Shown piece by piece: positions 1-11,298 of a stretch of 64,000 nucleotides of DNA. The notes under the pieces were generated by a model. The model saw only the letters and a list, made by a program, of their open reading frames with translations, had not been told where the DNA came from and did not search any database. The stretch covers positions 128,001 through 192,000 of the forward strand of contig CAVPCQ010000016.1 of NCBI GenBank assembly GCA_963702425.1, read 5' to 3'. The position numbers were made by a program, and so were the translations under genes. This DNA comes from an uncultured Acidobacteriota bacterium (GTDB taxonomy: Bacteria > Acidobacteriota > Polarisedimenticolia > J045). The stretch's first letter is position 1. Every line of letters starts with the position of its first letter.

Positions 1-941
1 GTGTTGGAGAGCGCCAGGTCCGGGCGGATCTGCCAGTCGTTGATCACCTCGAGCCGCGGCTGGAAGTAGTGGTCGACTTCCCCGGGCTTGAGGAAGTTCA
101 CCCTGCGGTCGACCGCCGCATCGCCCGTCACCGCGCCGTCGAGGTACTCCTTCGGGACGCCGAGGTACGCCAGTTGCAGGTCCTCCGGCCCGCCGTAGAG
201 GTGGATCCGCGTCAGCGAGCGCTCGCCGAAGTGCTCGACCGCCAGGAACGCCATCGCGTGGCGCGTCCAGGCGTCGTCGCGGTAGCCCGCGCTGGTGATC
301 CGCGACGCGCGGGCCAGCCAGGCCCACTCCGTGCCGAGCGGGCCGCCGTACTCGAGCGCCACGCGGTCGGTCCCGAACGAGCCGGCGCCCAGCAGCACCT
401 GCCCCTGCCCGGCGCGCGACAGGTGCGCGGTCTGCATGTTCACCGAGCCGCCGACCGCCGGCGAGCCGTACTGCGTCATCCCCGGGCCGCGCTTGACTTG
501 CAGCGCGTCGAGCGACCCGGCCAGGCCCGCGTAGTCGACGAAGTAGACCTGCTGCGCCTCCGGCGTGTTGAGCGGCACGCCGTTGACCGTCACCGCGATC
601 CGCCGCTGGTCGAAGCCGCGCAGGCTGAAGTAGCTGTAGCCGACCCCGTTGCCGGCGTCGCTGTAGGCGTAGCCGTTGGGCAGCTCGGCCAGCAGCATCG
701 CCGTGTCCTGCGCGCGGTCGAGCGCCTCGATCTGCTGCCTGTCCAGCTCGGAGAAGGAGATCGCGTCGCGCCGCGCCTCGGCGCGGGTCGCGGTCACCGT
801 GACCTCCTCGACGATCTCCGGCGGCTTCGGCGCGGGCGCGTCGGACGACGCCGGCGGCGACGACGCGGTCCCGTCCGGGTCCGCGCCGAACGCGGCCGGG
901 ATCGCGGCCAGAAGGGCGAGCAACACGAGGGAGCGAGCCAC
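1..941 (-). CDS. TonB-dependent outer-membrane receptor, probably for thiamine (truncated at window edge)
   Basis: Not in the ORF track because it has no stop in the window. Manual translation from GTG at 941 (GGAGG upstream) gives a signal peptide, EEVTVTATR TonB-box-like segment and plug motifs YSDAGNGVGYSYFSLRGFDQRRIAVTVNGVPLN and LQVKRGPG. Lies directly below a TPP riboswitch. Confidence 0.85.
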   Translation of the reverse strand, partial: MARSLVLLALLAAIPAAFGADPDGTASSPPASSDAPAPKPPEIVEEVTVTATRAEARRDAISFSELDRQQIEALDRAQDTAMLLAELPNGYAYSDAGNGVGYSYFSLRGFDQRRIAVTVNGVPLNTPEAQQVYFVDYAGLAGSLDALQVKRGPGMTQYGSPAVGGSVNMQTAHLSRAGQGQVLLGAGSFGTDRVALEYGGPLGTEWAWLARASRITSAGYRDDAWTRHAMAFLAVEHFGERSLTRIHLYGGPEDLQLAYLGVPKEYLDGAVTGDAAVDRRVNFLKPGEVDHYFQPRLEVINDWQIRPDLALSN

Positions 942-1011
942 GACGCCTCCCACCGGGCCCGCGCAGGAGGAAGACGGCTCGCAGGGATCGAGGGGATCGC
1001 GGCGGCACGTC

Positions 1012-1090
1012 CCGTTTCCCTACGCTGGTATGACCCAGATCAGGTTCTAGGGTGTTCTCTCAGCCCGGTTGTCTCCCGGGCACCCCTAAC
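1012..1090 (-). promoter_or_regulatory. TPP (thi-box) riboswitch
   Basis: Minus strand reads AGGGGTGC...GGCTGAGA...ACCCTAGAACCTGATCTGGGTCATACCAGCGTAGGGAA, the canonical TPP aptamer consensus. Confidence 0.95.
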
Positions 1091-1164
1091 GGAACGGCTC
1101 GACCTTACGCCTCCGGCGCGGGGCGGGCAAGCGCCGACCGGCCGGGAGGCGCCCCGCTGGCGGC

Positions 1165-1701
1165 TCAGGGCTGGTCCGGGTAGGCCTCGGCGTACATCTT
1201 CTGGTTCTCGCGGATCGTGCGCCGCGCTTCGGCCGGGTTGAGGAAGTCGTGGACCACGACCTCCTTCTCCTCGAGCTGCTTGTAGTCCTCGAAGAAGCGC
1301 CGCAGCTCGCGCAGCTTGTGGCTGGGGAGCTGCTCCAGCGAGTGGATCTCCGCGACCTCGGGGTCGTCGACGTGGACCGCGATGATCTTGTCGTCGAGCT
1401 TCCCCTGGTCGGTCATGCGCATCATCCCGATCGGCCGGGCCCGCATGATCGCGCGCGGCACCACTTCTTCCTGGCCGAGGACGAGGATGTCGAGCGGGTC
1501 GCCGTCGTCGCAGTAGGTCCGCGGGATGAAGCCGTAGTTGGCCGGGTAGTGGACCGCGCTGAACAGGACGCGGTCGACCTTCAAGAGGCCGCTCGTCTTG
1601 TCCAGCTCGTACTTGACCTTGGAGCCCTTCGAGATCTCGATCACCGCGTTGACGATCTCGGGGCAGTGCTCGCCGATCGGGACCTCGTGCCAGGGGTTCA
1701 T
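1165..1701 (-). CDS. ppa: Inorganic pyrophosphatase, family I
   Basis: MNPWHEV...KYELDK...[27 protein letters not shown]; ATG at 1701 overlaps the upstream stop (ATGA). The 688-aa track ORF is over-extended. Confidence 0.95.
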   Translation of the reverse strand: MNPWHEVPIGEHCPEIVNAVIEISKGSKVKYELDKTSGLLKVDRVLFSAVHYPANYGFIPRTYCDDGDPLDILVLGQEEVVPRAIMRARPIGMMRMTDQGKLDDKIIAVHVDDPEVAEIHSLEQLPSHKLRELRRFFEDYKQLEEKEVVVHDFLNPAEARRTIRENQKMYAEAYPDQP

Positions 1702-2849
1702 GTCGTTTTCACCCAGCGGCCGTCGCGCATCAGGGGCACGATCGCGCCGCCCTTCATGTGGAGGTCCACCGCCCGGACGGCGACGTCGGGCTGGACCTCC
1801 GGAATGTAGACCCGGTCGATGTGGACGACCTTCTCCGGCGCGCTGAACTGCGTCGGGCCGGTCACGCCGCCGAAGTGATCGCTGCGCCCGAACGCGACGT
1901 GCAGCCCGAGCTTCTCGTCGAGCAGCAGCTCCCCCACCGGCGCGATCCCGTAGTCGGCGAGGATCCCGAGCCCCAGCTCCGCGACGTTGCGATAGCCCGG
2001 CTCGCGCTCCATCTCCGCCCACTCGGCCCGCGCCACCGGCCCGTCGCCGAGCACCGCGACCACCCGGTTCCCGGCGATCCGGTAGGCGAAGATCTCGCCG
2101 CCGAGCTGCAGCGGCAGCATCCCCTCGCTGCGGGAGGGGTCGCCCTCGATCTCCCCCTCGTAGGGGACGATGTAGGTCTCGCCCGACGGCAGGTTCCCGG
2201 CGACCCCGGGCTCGGCGATCATCCCGCCGCTGGCGTGCGCGGAGCGGTGCCGCAGGTCGAGGTAGAGCCGGTGGTCCTCCTCCAGCGCCGTGGTCGCGAT
2301 CTCCGCCCCCTCCGCCGCGTCCAGCTCCTCCTTGAGCGCGCGGCAGCGGGAGTGGATCTCCATCCAGTCGAGGCGCAGCGCCGGGACCATCGCGTCGGAG
2401 AAGCCGGGCATCGTCGCCGCCCGGAAGCGATGCGCCTTCGCGGCCAGCTTGAGCGGCGCGGTGGCCGAGAACTCGGTCGGCGCGATCAGGATCTGGTGCC
2501 CGCGGTACAGCTCCTCGAACGCCGTTCCCGCGCCGGACAGCTCGTCGGCGCGCTGCGGCAGCGCGCCGCCCGCGTGCACCTGCGCGCCCGCCGGCAGGTC
2601 GGCGTTGTTGCGGCGCACGTTCCGGTAGTGGACGAGCGACACGCGGGCGAGTCCCAGCTCGCCCTTCGCGGCGTCGAGCTTCGCCGCCCAGCCGGCGGCC
2701 ATCGCGCGGCGGGCGGCCCAGGCGGCGTTGTCGGGCGTGTGCTCGTCGGGCAGATCGACCAGCACGGCGAGGCCGCGGTCGTCGGGGTGGCGCTGGAAGA
2801 CGCGCCGGACGAGGTGGACCAGCTCGAGTTCGGTCAGTGGCGCGGACAT
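1698..2849 (-). CDS. Aminopeptidase T / M29-like metallopeptidase
   Basis: Motifs [43 protein letters not shown]; start ATG 2849 (alternative 2870). Confidence 0.75.
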   Translation of the reverse strand: MSAPLTELELVHLVRRVFQRHPDDRGLAVLVDLPDEHTPDNAAWAARRAMAAGWAAKLDAAKGELGLARVSLVHYRNVRRNNADLPAGAQVHAGGALPQRADELSGAGTAFEELYRGHQILIAPTEFSATAPLKLAAKAHRFRAATMPGFSDAMVPALRLDWMEIHSRCRALKEELDAAEGAEIATTALEEDHRLYLDLRHRSAHASGGMIAEPGVAGNLPSGETYIVPYEGEIEGDPSRSEGMLPLQLGGEIFAYRIAGNRVVAVLGDGPVARAEWAEMEREPGYRNVAELGLGILADYGIAPVGELLLDEKLGLHVAFGRSDHFGGVTGPTQFSAPEKVVHIDRVYIPEVQPDVAVRAVDLHMKGGAIVPLMRDGRWVKTT

Positions 2850-2952
2850 GGGCGCTCCCGTGGGGCTCATCGTAGCGCAGCGGCGGCCCGCCGTCGCGGG
2901 GCGCTCCGGCCCGGCGCGCGGTGCTATCGTCGCCCGCGAAAGGACCGTCCCG

Positions 2953-4570
2953 ATGCCCTCCGAACCCGTCCGCCCGCACCAGACCGAGGCCGAGATCGCG
3001 CGCCTGGCGCTCGACTTCCTCCAGCGCGTCGTCGCCGTCGACAGCCAGAGCGACGAGCACTCCGGCACGATCCCCAGCACCGAGGGGCAGCGCGAGCTGT
3101 CCCGCGCGGTGGGCGAGTTCTTCACGCAGGAGGGCTGCCGGGTCGAGATCGACCGGAACGCCAACGTGATCGCCGAGCTGGCCGGCCGCGGCGCTCCGGC
3201 CGGCGAGCCGCCGGTGGCGCTGATGGTCCACCTCGACACCACGCGGGGCACGCGCGCCGTACCGCGGCTCGCCGTGCTGCCGCGCTGGGACGGACGACCG
3301 ATCCCCTACCCCGCGAACCCCGGGCTGCTAGGTCGGCGTCGAGACCTACCCGGCGACCGCCGCGTTCGTCGGGCAGGACCTCGTCCACGGGCCGGGCGAC
3401 AATCCGTTCGGCCTGGACGACAAGCTCGGGCTGACGCACCTGATGAGCCTCGCCCGGCTGCTGCGGGGCAACTCCGGGATCCCTCACCCGCCGCTGCTCT
3501 TCATCGCCCGACCGGACGAGGAGATCGGGCGGATGGCGGCGGTCGAGGGGCTGGCCGCGGAGCTGGCGCGGCGCGGCGTCCCCTACGGCTACACGATCGA
3601 CGGGATCGTGCCGTTCGAGGTCAACGTCGAGAACTTCCACGCCTCGCAGGCGACGGTCACGTTCCCGCGGCTGCCCGTCGCGGGCGATGGCCTGCCACAG
3701 GAAATCGCGGTCGCGATCGGCGGCGTCAACACCCACGGCTGCACCGCCAAGGCCGAGGGGTACCGCGCCGCGACGCGCTTCGCGTCGCAGGTCGCAGGGG
3801 CGCTCGAAGAGGGCGGCCTGTCGCCGGCGCGGATCCTGCCGGCACGCTTCGTCACCGACGCCGCGCGCGAGTGTGACGCCGAGCTCGCGTTCCGCACCGA
3901 CGGATCGGCCGCGGCGGCGGACGCGCTCCGCCGCGCGGTCGAGGCGGCGATCGACCCACACCGCCTGCGCGGCGCGTCGTGGCGGATCGGCGAGGCGCGT
4001 CCGGCGACGGGGCCGGGCCCGATCGACGGCGCCGCGGCGGAGATGCTGCGCTTCGTGCGCGCGTTCCTGACGAGCACCCCCGGCTTCGTGCTCCCGGCCG
4101 AGGCCTCGGAGGGGCGCGAAGGCTACTCGAACCCGTTCCGGTCGGTGCCACTCGAGGCCGGCGGCGCGACCCTCGATGTCCGTCTGCGCGATTTCGACCG
4201 CGACGGCGTTGACGTGCCGCGAGCAGCACGTGGCCGCGGTGGCCATCGATTTCCCCGGCGCGCGCGTGGCGGTCCGGCAGCAGTACGTCAACATGGGTCC
4301 GCGGCTCGCCCCCATGCCCACCTCGTGGACTGGCCGCGCGAGGCGGCCGCCGCGCTGGGCCTCGCGGCGCCGGTGCTGCCGATCCGCGGCGGGACCGGCG
4401 TCGACCCCTTCCTCGATCGCGGAATCCCGGTCGCGAACCTGGGCACCGGCTACTTCGCCCCCGAAAGCGAGAAGGAGTTCACGACGCTGCAGCTGATGGC
4501 CCGCCACGCGCTGTGGCTGACGCTCCTCGTCCAGCGACTTCGGCACGCCCCGGACGACCGCGGAGCTTGA
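2953..4570 (+). CDS. Peptidase T-like M20 metallopeptidase (three apparent frameshifts)
   Basis: PSTEGQ, HLDT, GLDDKLG, PDEEIG, YTIDG, PIRGGTG motifs distributed over shifting frames; indels near 3330, 4210 and 4315. Confidence 0.75.
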
Positions 4571-4625
4571 CCGGGCGCACGATCGGCGCGACCCTGATGG
4601 CGATCGCTTTCCAGGGAGCAGCGTG

Positions 4626-4853
4626 ATGGTCCGACCGAAGGTCTCCACCCCGCCCGCACGCGGGACCGCGCCGGACGTCCGCTACCGCGCGGTCCGGCTC
4701 GACGCCGGGCGGCTGATGCCGATCGAGGTCCGCCTCGGCCGGCGCCTGCTGCGCACGATCCCCGCCGACAGCGACGAGGGGCTGGCGCTGCTCGCCTCGG
4801 GCAAGGTCGAGATCATCCTGTTTCGCGACTGGGAGCGCGGCCGGGAACACTGA
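4626..4853 (+). CDS. Small hypothetical protein (~75 aa)
   Basis: GGGAG upstream of GTG-ATG, host-like codon usage, fills the gap between two genes. Confidence 0.5.
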   Translation: MVRPKVSTPPARGTAPDVRYRAVRLDAGRLMPIEVRLGRRLLRTIPADSDEGLALLASGKVEIILFRDWERGREH

Positions 4854-4884
4854 TCCGCGCGCTACGCAGGGCGGGTCGCTCGGC

Positions 4885-5574
4885 TCAGCTTCCGGCTTTG
4901 CCGAAGCGGTAGGCGACCCCGATCTCGATCTGCCACGGATCGATGTTGATCTCTCCGATCCCTTTCAGCGAGCCTGTGGCTTCCCGGAACTCCGCCTCGG
5001 CCTGCACGAAGCGAACCGCCCCCGAGATCGCCCACGGGCCGCCCAGACCGACGTCGAGCCCAGCGCCCAGGCCGTAGATGAAGTGATCGTCGAGCTTGGC
5101 GCCGTACATGCTGTCGTACCAGACGTACCCGAGGAGCGGGCCGGCATACAGGTCGAACCGCCCCGGAGGAAGCAGGTGGACGTCGAAGACCCCGAACAGC
5201 GGGACGAACACGGTCTCGTCCGAGGCCTCGCTGACGGTGTCGGAGATCGTCGTCGCGGTCGCCGGGTCGAACACGCGGGCATGCTCGTACCGGGTGAACT
5301 CCTCCGTGACGGCGGAGAGATGGGCGGTGTACCCGAACCAGCGGCCGAAGCGCTGGGCGAACTCGAGCCCCGCGCCCGCCATGCCTTGCGCCTGGTAGGC
5401 GGCGTGCCTCTCCCCCGTGATCCCGCCCACCCCCTCGGTCTTGATTCGCGCATCGAGCTGCGCGCTGGGGCTGAAGGCCACGTAGAGGGTGCGGCCGGTG
5501 CTTTGGGCGAGCACACCCGGGCCGGCAGCGCCGAGAAGCAGCGCGAGGAGCATGCCGGCCGGGCCGATTCTCAT
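4885..5574 (-). CDS. OmpW-like outer-membrane beta-barrel protein
   Basis: Signal peptide, alternating amphipathic strands, C-terminal INIDPWQIEIGVAYRF typical of OmpW-type barrels. Confidence 0.75.
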   Translation of the reverse strand: MRIGPAGMLLALLLGAAGPGVLAQSTGRTLYVAFSPSAQLDARIKTEGVGGITGERHAAYQAQGMAGAGLEFAQRFGRWFGYTAHLSAVTEEFTRYEHARVFDPATATTISDTVSEASDETVFVPLFGVFDVHLLPPGRFDLYAGPLLGYVWYDSMYGAKLDDHFIYGLGAGLDVGLGGPWAISGAVRFVQAEAEFREATGSLKGIGEINIDPWQIEIGVAYRFGKAGS

Positions 5575-5777
5575 CGAGGTCCGCTCCGAACGGGGTCAGC
5601 CGCGGATCGTAGCAGATTGCGGTCATTTCAAGCCGCCTCGCGCGCCATCTGATTGATCGATCGTCGTACGGATCCTCGCCAGGGAGACTGACTGGGTTGT
5701 TTGGCAGCCCGGCTGGAACGGCGCTCCGATCACCAGGCGAAGCGAGGGCACGCCTCCTCCGAAGCGGACGCGCGGGG

Positions 5778-7219
5778 TCAGCGCTCGGCGGCGAGGATCG
5801 CGGCCAGCCGCTCGGCAGCGTTGTCGCCGAGCCGCTCCGCCTCGTGCGCGAGCAGCCAGCTCCGCGCCCCGGCCAGGTCGGCGAATTCTCCGTCGAGCTG
5901 CGCGTCGTAGCCCCGCGCCAGCAGCGTGCCGATCGCCGGCCCCGGCGGAAGCCCCAGCTCGATCAGGTGCCGGCCGAGCAGCACCGGCGCGGGGGCCGCC
6001 GCGGCGACGTCCTCGCACCGCGCCGCCTCGAGCAGCGCGACGACGTGCGGCGGGACGACCGCGGGCAGCGGCGGGCGCCCCATCGCGTCGGCGGTCATCA
6101 CCACCGCCAGCCCCTCGATGTTCTCGGGCGCGAGCCGCCGCGCCAGCCGCCGGATCGCGCGCGGCGTCATCTCCTGCATCCCGACCAGGTGCTCGCGCAC
6201 GAGCGGCGCGACGCGGCGGACGATCGCTTCGGGCGCCCCGATCCGCTCGAAGAAGCGCTCGGCGCGCAGCACGCCGGCCGCTTCGTGACCCGGCGAGACG
6301 ATCCGCTGGACCCCGCGCTTGACCTCGCGCTGCGTCGTCTCCGGCTTGCCGAAGTCGTGGGCCAGCACCGCCAGCGCGTAGACGACGCGCGACTCGCGGT
6401 CGGCGTCGCGCCAGCCCGGCAGCTCGACCAGCCGGTCGAGGCAGTGGCCGGTGTGGACGAAGACGTCCCCCTCGGGGTGCCACTCCGGATCCTGCGGCGT
6501 TTCGGCCAGCGCGGCGATCTCCGGGAAGAGGACCAGCCAGCCGCTGTCGGCGAGAAAGCGCAGGCCGCGCGAGGGGACGGCGCTCTGGGCCGCCCACTTG
6601 AACCACTCCTCGCGCACCCGCTCTTTCGACAGCTCGTCGAACGTGCCGACCATCTCGCGGCAGAGCGCCACCGTCTCGGGCGCGACCGCGAGGTCGAAGC
6701 GCGCCACGAACTGCATCGCCCGGAGCACGCGCAGCGGATCCTCGACGAAGGCCGGCCCGACGTGCCGCAGCACGCGCCGCTCGAGGTCGCTCGAGCCCGC
6801 CGAAGAAGTCGAGCAGCTCGCCCGGTGCGCAGGTCGAGCATCAGCGCGTTGATCGTGAAATCGCGCCGGGCGGCCGCGTCGCACGGCGCCATGTCCGGAT
6901 CGAACTCGACCTCGAACCCGCGGTGCCCGATCCCGATCTTCGAGTCGCGCCGCGGGATCGAGAGGTCGTAGGACGAGCCGGACGGAAGCGTCCACTTGAC
7001 GATCCCGAACGAGCGCCCGACCAGGTCGACCCGGCCCGCGGCCGACAGGCGCTGCGCCAGCTCGTCGAGCGAGACGCCGAAGACCTCGACGTCGACGTCC
7101 TTGGAGTCGATCCCGAGCAGGCGGTCGCGCAGATACCCGCCGACGACGTAGGCCCGCTCGAGCCCCGGCGTCGCCGCGAGGGCCACCGCGAGGTCGTCGG
7201 GCAGCGGGATCCGCACCAT
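5778..7219 (-). CDS. cca: CCA tRNA nucleotidyltransferase / poly(A) polymerase family with HD domain (frameshifted near 6800-6825)
   Basis: VVGGYLRD, DVDVEV, RRDFTINAL in one frame; EDPLRVLRAMQF, SKERVREEW, HPEGDVFVH, AHDFGKP in another. Confidence 0.85.
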
Positions 7220-7237
7220 GCGCGGAGTCTAGCGCGG

Positions 7238-9511
7238 TCAGCGGCGCGCCGGCTCCGCCTGCGGAACGCGCGCCGTCGTCTCGTTGCCGGCGGCGTCGAC
7301 GACGGTCACGACCAGCGCGCGGCCCTCCATGGGCGCGTCGACGGCGCCCTCGAACGTCTCGACGTCGCCGTCCACGACGCCGTCCGCGGCGCCCAAGATC
7401 CGCTCCGCGCCCGGCGCGGCCGCGACTTCGCAGCCGGCGAGCCGGCCGCCCGGGTCGCGCGCGGCGATCCGCAACCCCACCTGGTCGCCCGGCAGCGGCG
7501 TCCGGTCGATCGACTCGATCACCGGCGCGGTGTGGTCGATCCGCACCGCGTCCGACACGAGCGTCCCGCTCAGTTCGGCGCCGACGGCGTTGTCGGGCGC
7601 GTCGCTGGCGGTGACCCGGAAGCGGTAGATGCCGTCCGCGAGCCGTCGCGAGTCGAAGCTGAAGAACCCCTGCTCGAGATCTTCCGCCAGGACGATCCAG
7701 TCGCGGCAGGGGACGCCGCCATCCGTGCAGTACTCCAGCCGGTAGGCGAGCGCGTCGTCGTCGGGATCCTTGGCCTGCCAGGTCACCGTCAGCGCCTCGG
7801 ATTCATAGGCGCGCTTGCTGCGCGGCGTGCTCCCCTGCTCGCCGAGCGCTTTCTGCGCGTCGGGACCACGCGGCGGCGGCACGACCGGGGCGTCGCCGGC
7901 GGCGACCGCCGACGGCGGCATCGCGCGCACCGCGACCCCCTGCGGCAGCGCGTCGACGCTCTCGACGCGCGGCGCGCGATTCGCCGCCTGGTAACGCGCC
8001 TCGGCGCGCATCGCCAGCGGAGCCGCGAGCGCGGCACCCGCCGCAGCGCCGGCCTCGATCCGCACCTGCAGGAAGCGCGCATCGGGCACGCCGGCCGCCA
8101 CGCCGGCCGCCCCGGGTGCGCCGGCGGCCCCCGGCACCGCGGTCCACTCGCTCCAGCCCGGGCCGGGCTCCGCGCTGTTGCCGGAGCGCGCCAGCACGCG
8201 CACCGGCGCGGCGCCGGCGACGACCGCGACACGGCCGAAGCGCGCGCTGCGCCGCGCGTCGAGCACGTCCGACGTCCAGCGCGCCGTCGTCGCGCGCCCG
8301 GGCCCGTAGAGCACCACCGCCGCCGGGTTGCTCGCCGCGGCGAGCACGCGCTCGCCGTCGCCGTCGAGCGCCGTCACCGCGCCGTTCTCCGGCAGCTCCG
8401 CCCACCAGCCCTCGCGACCCGCGGCGTCGAACCACCAGATCCGCGCCGGCCCCGCGGTCCCCATCAGCACGCCACCGTCGGGGCGCGCGAGCAGCGCGAG
8501 CGGCGTCTCCTTGCCGTCCGACCAGAGCGAGCGCGGCGCGCGGCCGGAGGCGATCAGCACCAGCTCGCCGCCGCCGGCCGGCATCTCCGGTGCGCGCGGC
8601 GACTCGCCCGCCGCCGGCTCCTTCGGCTTGCTGCTCTCTTCCTCGCCGGCCGCGCGCGCGCGCACGCTGATCGTCGTCGCGGGTGCCTCGCCGCCCTCGA
8701 CCTTGCGCGCGCGCTCCCCGGTACCGCCGCCCTCGGCGCGACCCGTCGCCCCGGCGAACGCCGCCCAGAGCTGTCCCTCGGGGCCGGCCGCGATCGCCGA
8801 GACCTCGGGCCGCTCGGAGTCCCAGACGACGAAGCCGCCCCCCTTGCCGTCGAGCCGCACCAGCAGCCCCGAGCCGGCGGTACCGGCATAGAGCGTACCG
8901 TCCGGCGCGAGCGCGAGCCGTCGCACGTGCGGTTCGCGCGTCTCCCACAGCGTCGTCACCTGGCGCGTCGCGTGCGCGACGCGCAGCACGCGGCCGGGCA
9001 TCCCGGTCGCCAGCGCGATGTCGCCCCCCGGCAGCACGGCGAGATCCCAGATGTAGACCGCGTCCGGCCGCGCCAGCTCCTCGAACGCACCCTTCGCCCG
9101 ATCGAAGCGATAGACCGCGCCGCGTGGACCGGTCGCCAGATAGATCTCCCCTTGCTCGCCGCGCGCGAGCGCGAAGACGTCGGGATCGGCCGGCAGCCCC
9201 GGCAGGCGCTGCGCGTCGGTGCCGGCCGCGAGTCGCCAGAGACCCATCGCCTCGCCCGACCCGGCGAGCGCTTCGTCGCCGGCCAGCAGCGCATCCCACA
9301 GCACCGGCGCCTCGGGGCGACCGAGCGTCGTCGCAGCCGGACCGGCCACCAGCGCCCCGCTCGGGGCCAGCGACATGCCTTCGAAGGTCCCCGCGCGCAG
9401 CGTCTTCCCCTCGCGCACCCAGACCTCGGTCTCGACCGCCTGCGCCGCCGGACCGGCCAGTGCGAGCCCCGCGGCGAACAGGGCGCCTCTCTTGGCCAGG
9501 GACAGACTCAT
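7238..9511 (-). CDS. Large exported beta-propeller-like protein with C-terminal Ig/FN3-like domains
   Basis: ATG 9511 overlaps the S55 stop; signal peptide, repeated blades (LYAGTAGSG, IYLATGPRG, YIWDLAV), WQAKDPDDDAL and DGIYRFRVTASD beta-sandwich motifs. Confidence 0.7.
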   Translation of the reverse strand: MSLSLAKRGALFAAGLALAGPAAQAVETEVWVREGKTLRAGTFEGMSLAPSGALVAGPAATTLGRPEAPVLWDALLAGDEALAGSGEAMGLWRLAAGTDAQRLPGLPADPDVFALARGEQGEIYLATGPRGAVYRFDRAKGAFEELARPDAVYIWDLAVLPGGDIALATGMPGRVLRVAHATRQVTTLWETREPHVRRLALAPDGTLYAGTAGSGLLVRLDGKGGGFVVWDSERPEVSAIAAGPEGQLWAAFAGATGRAEGGGTGERARKVEGGEAPATTISVRARAAGEEESSKPKEPAAGESPRAPEMPAGGGELVLIASGRAPRSLWSDGKETPLALLARPDGGVLMGTAGPARIWWFDAAGREGWWAELPENGAVTALDGDGERVLAAASNPAAVVLYGPGRATTARWTSDVLDARRSARFGRVAVVAGAAPVRVLARSGNSAEPGPGWSEWTAVPGAAGAPGAAGVAAGVPDARFLQVRIEAGAAAGAALAAPLAMRAEARYQAANRAPRVESVDALPQGVAVRAMPPSAVAAGDAPVVPPPRGPDAQKALGEQGSTPRSKRAYESEALTVTWQAKDPDDDALAYRLEYCTDGGVPCRDWIVLAEDLEQGFFSFDSRRLADGIYRFRVTASDAPDNAVGAELSGTLVSDAVRIDHTAPVIESIDRTPLPGDQVGLRIAARDPGGRLAGCEVAAAPGAERILGAADGVVDGDVETFEGAVDAPMEGRALVVTVVDAAGNETTARVPQAEPARR

Positions 9512-11298
9512 CGCATCGACTCCAGGGGGAGGATCTCGATCGGCACGCGCGCGATCGCCGTCACCGCGCGCTCGAGCGGCGCGCTCGCGCGGGCCACCGT
9601 CACGGCACGCACGCGCCCGGCATCGCCGGCCGCGGGGCGGGAGCGCAGCAGGAGCTGGGCCGTGCCCGGAAGCGCCGGGTACTCGCGGCCGTCCGCCACC
9701 AGCCCTTCCGCCGGCAGCGCGAGCGCGATCTCGACCGCGTCGTCGGCGAGCGACGTCTCGAAGGAGGCGAGGTAGTCGGCCGCGTCGCGGGCGGTGCGGC
9801 GCCGCGCCTCGGCCACGCCGCCCAGCTCGCCCGCCAGCGTGCGCGGCGAGCCGGCGAGCAGGACGTAGCGTCCCGGGAGCGCCGACTCGGGAACGCGCAG
9901 CGAGAGCGTCTCCCGCCGCTGGCTGCCGCGCGGCCCGTCGAACTCCAGCGCGACCCGCAGCGTCTCCCCCGGCCGCGCGACGAGCCGGTCGGGCAGCGCG
10001 CGCGTGAGCTTGTAGACCCCTTCGGGATCGACGCTCGTCACCGTCAGCTCGATCCGCGTCACCGCGGGCAGCGCCATCGGCGGCCGCATCAGCGCCACCA
10101 GCTTGCGCCCCAACTCGGCGCCGATCGCCTGCTCGTCGCCGGCCATCGCGCCGGGGCCGGTCGCCTCGAACGGCAGCCGGCGTCCATCGGCAAGCACGAT
10201 CTCGCCCTGCGCGCGCAGCACCTCCTCGCGTTCGCGCCCCAGTTCCTGGCCCAGCGCGATCCGCAGCGCGAGGTCGGCCAGGGGCGGCGCGATCATCGGG
10301 TCCTTCGCCACGCTGAACGAGCGGATCAGCGGCGCCTCGCCGGTGCGGCTGCGCTGAATCGCGAGCGACACCGGCAGCCCCTCGGGCACCGGGCCGATCG
10401 TGCCGGCCACGGCCGTCAGCCGGTCCTGGGTCATCGTCCCGGCGGGGCGGCCGACGTTGGAAATCTTGAACGAGCTGAGCAGCGACGGCACCGTCCAGGC
10501 GATCGTCGCCGGCGCGAAGGGGATCTCGGCGCGGCCCGTGCCCATGAACGGGTGACCGAAGGCGAGGATCTTCTCGCCGTCTCGCCAGGTGACCGTCCCG
10601 GTCGCGGCGAGCTGCACGTCGCCCCAGACCAGCAGCCCCGCGACCGCGTCGCCCGGCTCGAGCGCGGGCGGCGGCCCCGCCTCGGACGACAGCGCGGGCG
10701 CCACGCCGCTCGGCACGACCTGCACCGGCCGCGCCAGGCCCAGCGAGCGCAGCAGCTCGTCGCTCCCGTCGAACAGCGCCGGGTCGAGCCCGCGCGCGGC
10801 GAGCGCCAGCGGCACCGGCGCGAGCCCCGACGCGCGCGCCGAGGCGCCGAGCGTCCAGGGCGAGAGCCCGGCCGGGTAGCGCTCCAGCGCCAGCATCGTC
10901 TCGATCGGCGTGATCCCGCAGAGCGGCTCCTTCGAGAAACCGCCGATCGAGTAGGACAACGCGCCGACGAGCTTCCCGTCGACCGTGACCGGGCTCCCCG
11001 ACATCCCGGCCGCCACGCCGGTCCAGGTCCCGAGCTCGCCGCGCAGCCGGCAGAGGATCATGTCCACCCCCGGACCGATCCCGTCGTCCAGCACGCCGAG
11101 CAGCTCGATCTCGAGCGTTTCGCGCTGCGTGCCGCGCAGGACCGTCGAGAGCGTGCCGACCATCCCCGGCCGGACCTCGTCGAGCGGCAGCGTCGCCGGC
11201 GGGGCCGGCGGGGGCGCCGCGGCTGCCACCCCGGCCGCCGCCGCCAGCAGTCCGGCCGCGACGAGCGCGCCGGGGGCGAGTCGGGCGGGAAAAACCAT
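9508..11298 (-). CDS. SpoIVB-like peptidase S55 family exported protein
   Basis: LPLDEVRPGMVG, GVAAGMSGSPV..DGKLVGALSY, GITPIETML, ILAFGHPF; signal peptide after ATG 11298; TATAAT on the minus strand at 11352-11357. Confidence 0.85.
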   Translation of the reverse strand: MVFPARLAPGALVAAGLLAAAAGVAAAAPPPAPPATLPLDEVRPGMVGTLSTVLRGTQRETLEIELLGVLDDGIGPGVDMILCRLRGELGTWTGVAAGMSGSPVTVDGKLVGALSYSIGGFSKEPLCGITPIETMLALERYPAGLSPWTLGASARASGLAPVPLALAARGLDPALFDGSDELLRSLGLARPVQVVPSGVAPALSSEAGPPPALEPGDAVAGLLVWGDVQLAATGTVTWRDGEKILAFGHPFMGTGRAEIPFAPATIAWTVPSLLSSFKISNVGRPAGTMTQDRLTAVAGTIGPVPEGLPVSLAIQRSRTGEAPLIRSFSVAKDPMIAPPLADLALRIALGQELGREREEVLRAQGEIVLADGRRLPFEATGPGAMAGDEQAIGAELGRKLVALMRPPMALPAVTRIELTVTSVDPEGVYKLTRALPDRLVARPGETLRVALEFDGPRGSQRRETLSLRVPESALPGRYVLLAGSPRTLAGELGGVAEARRRTARDAADYLASFETSLADDAVEIALALPAEGLVADGREYPALPGTAQLLLRSRPAAGDAGRVRAVTVARASAPLERAVTAIARVPIEILPLESMR

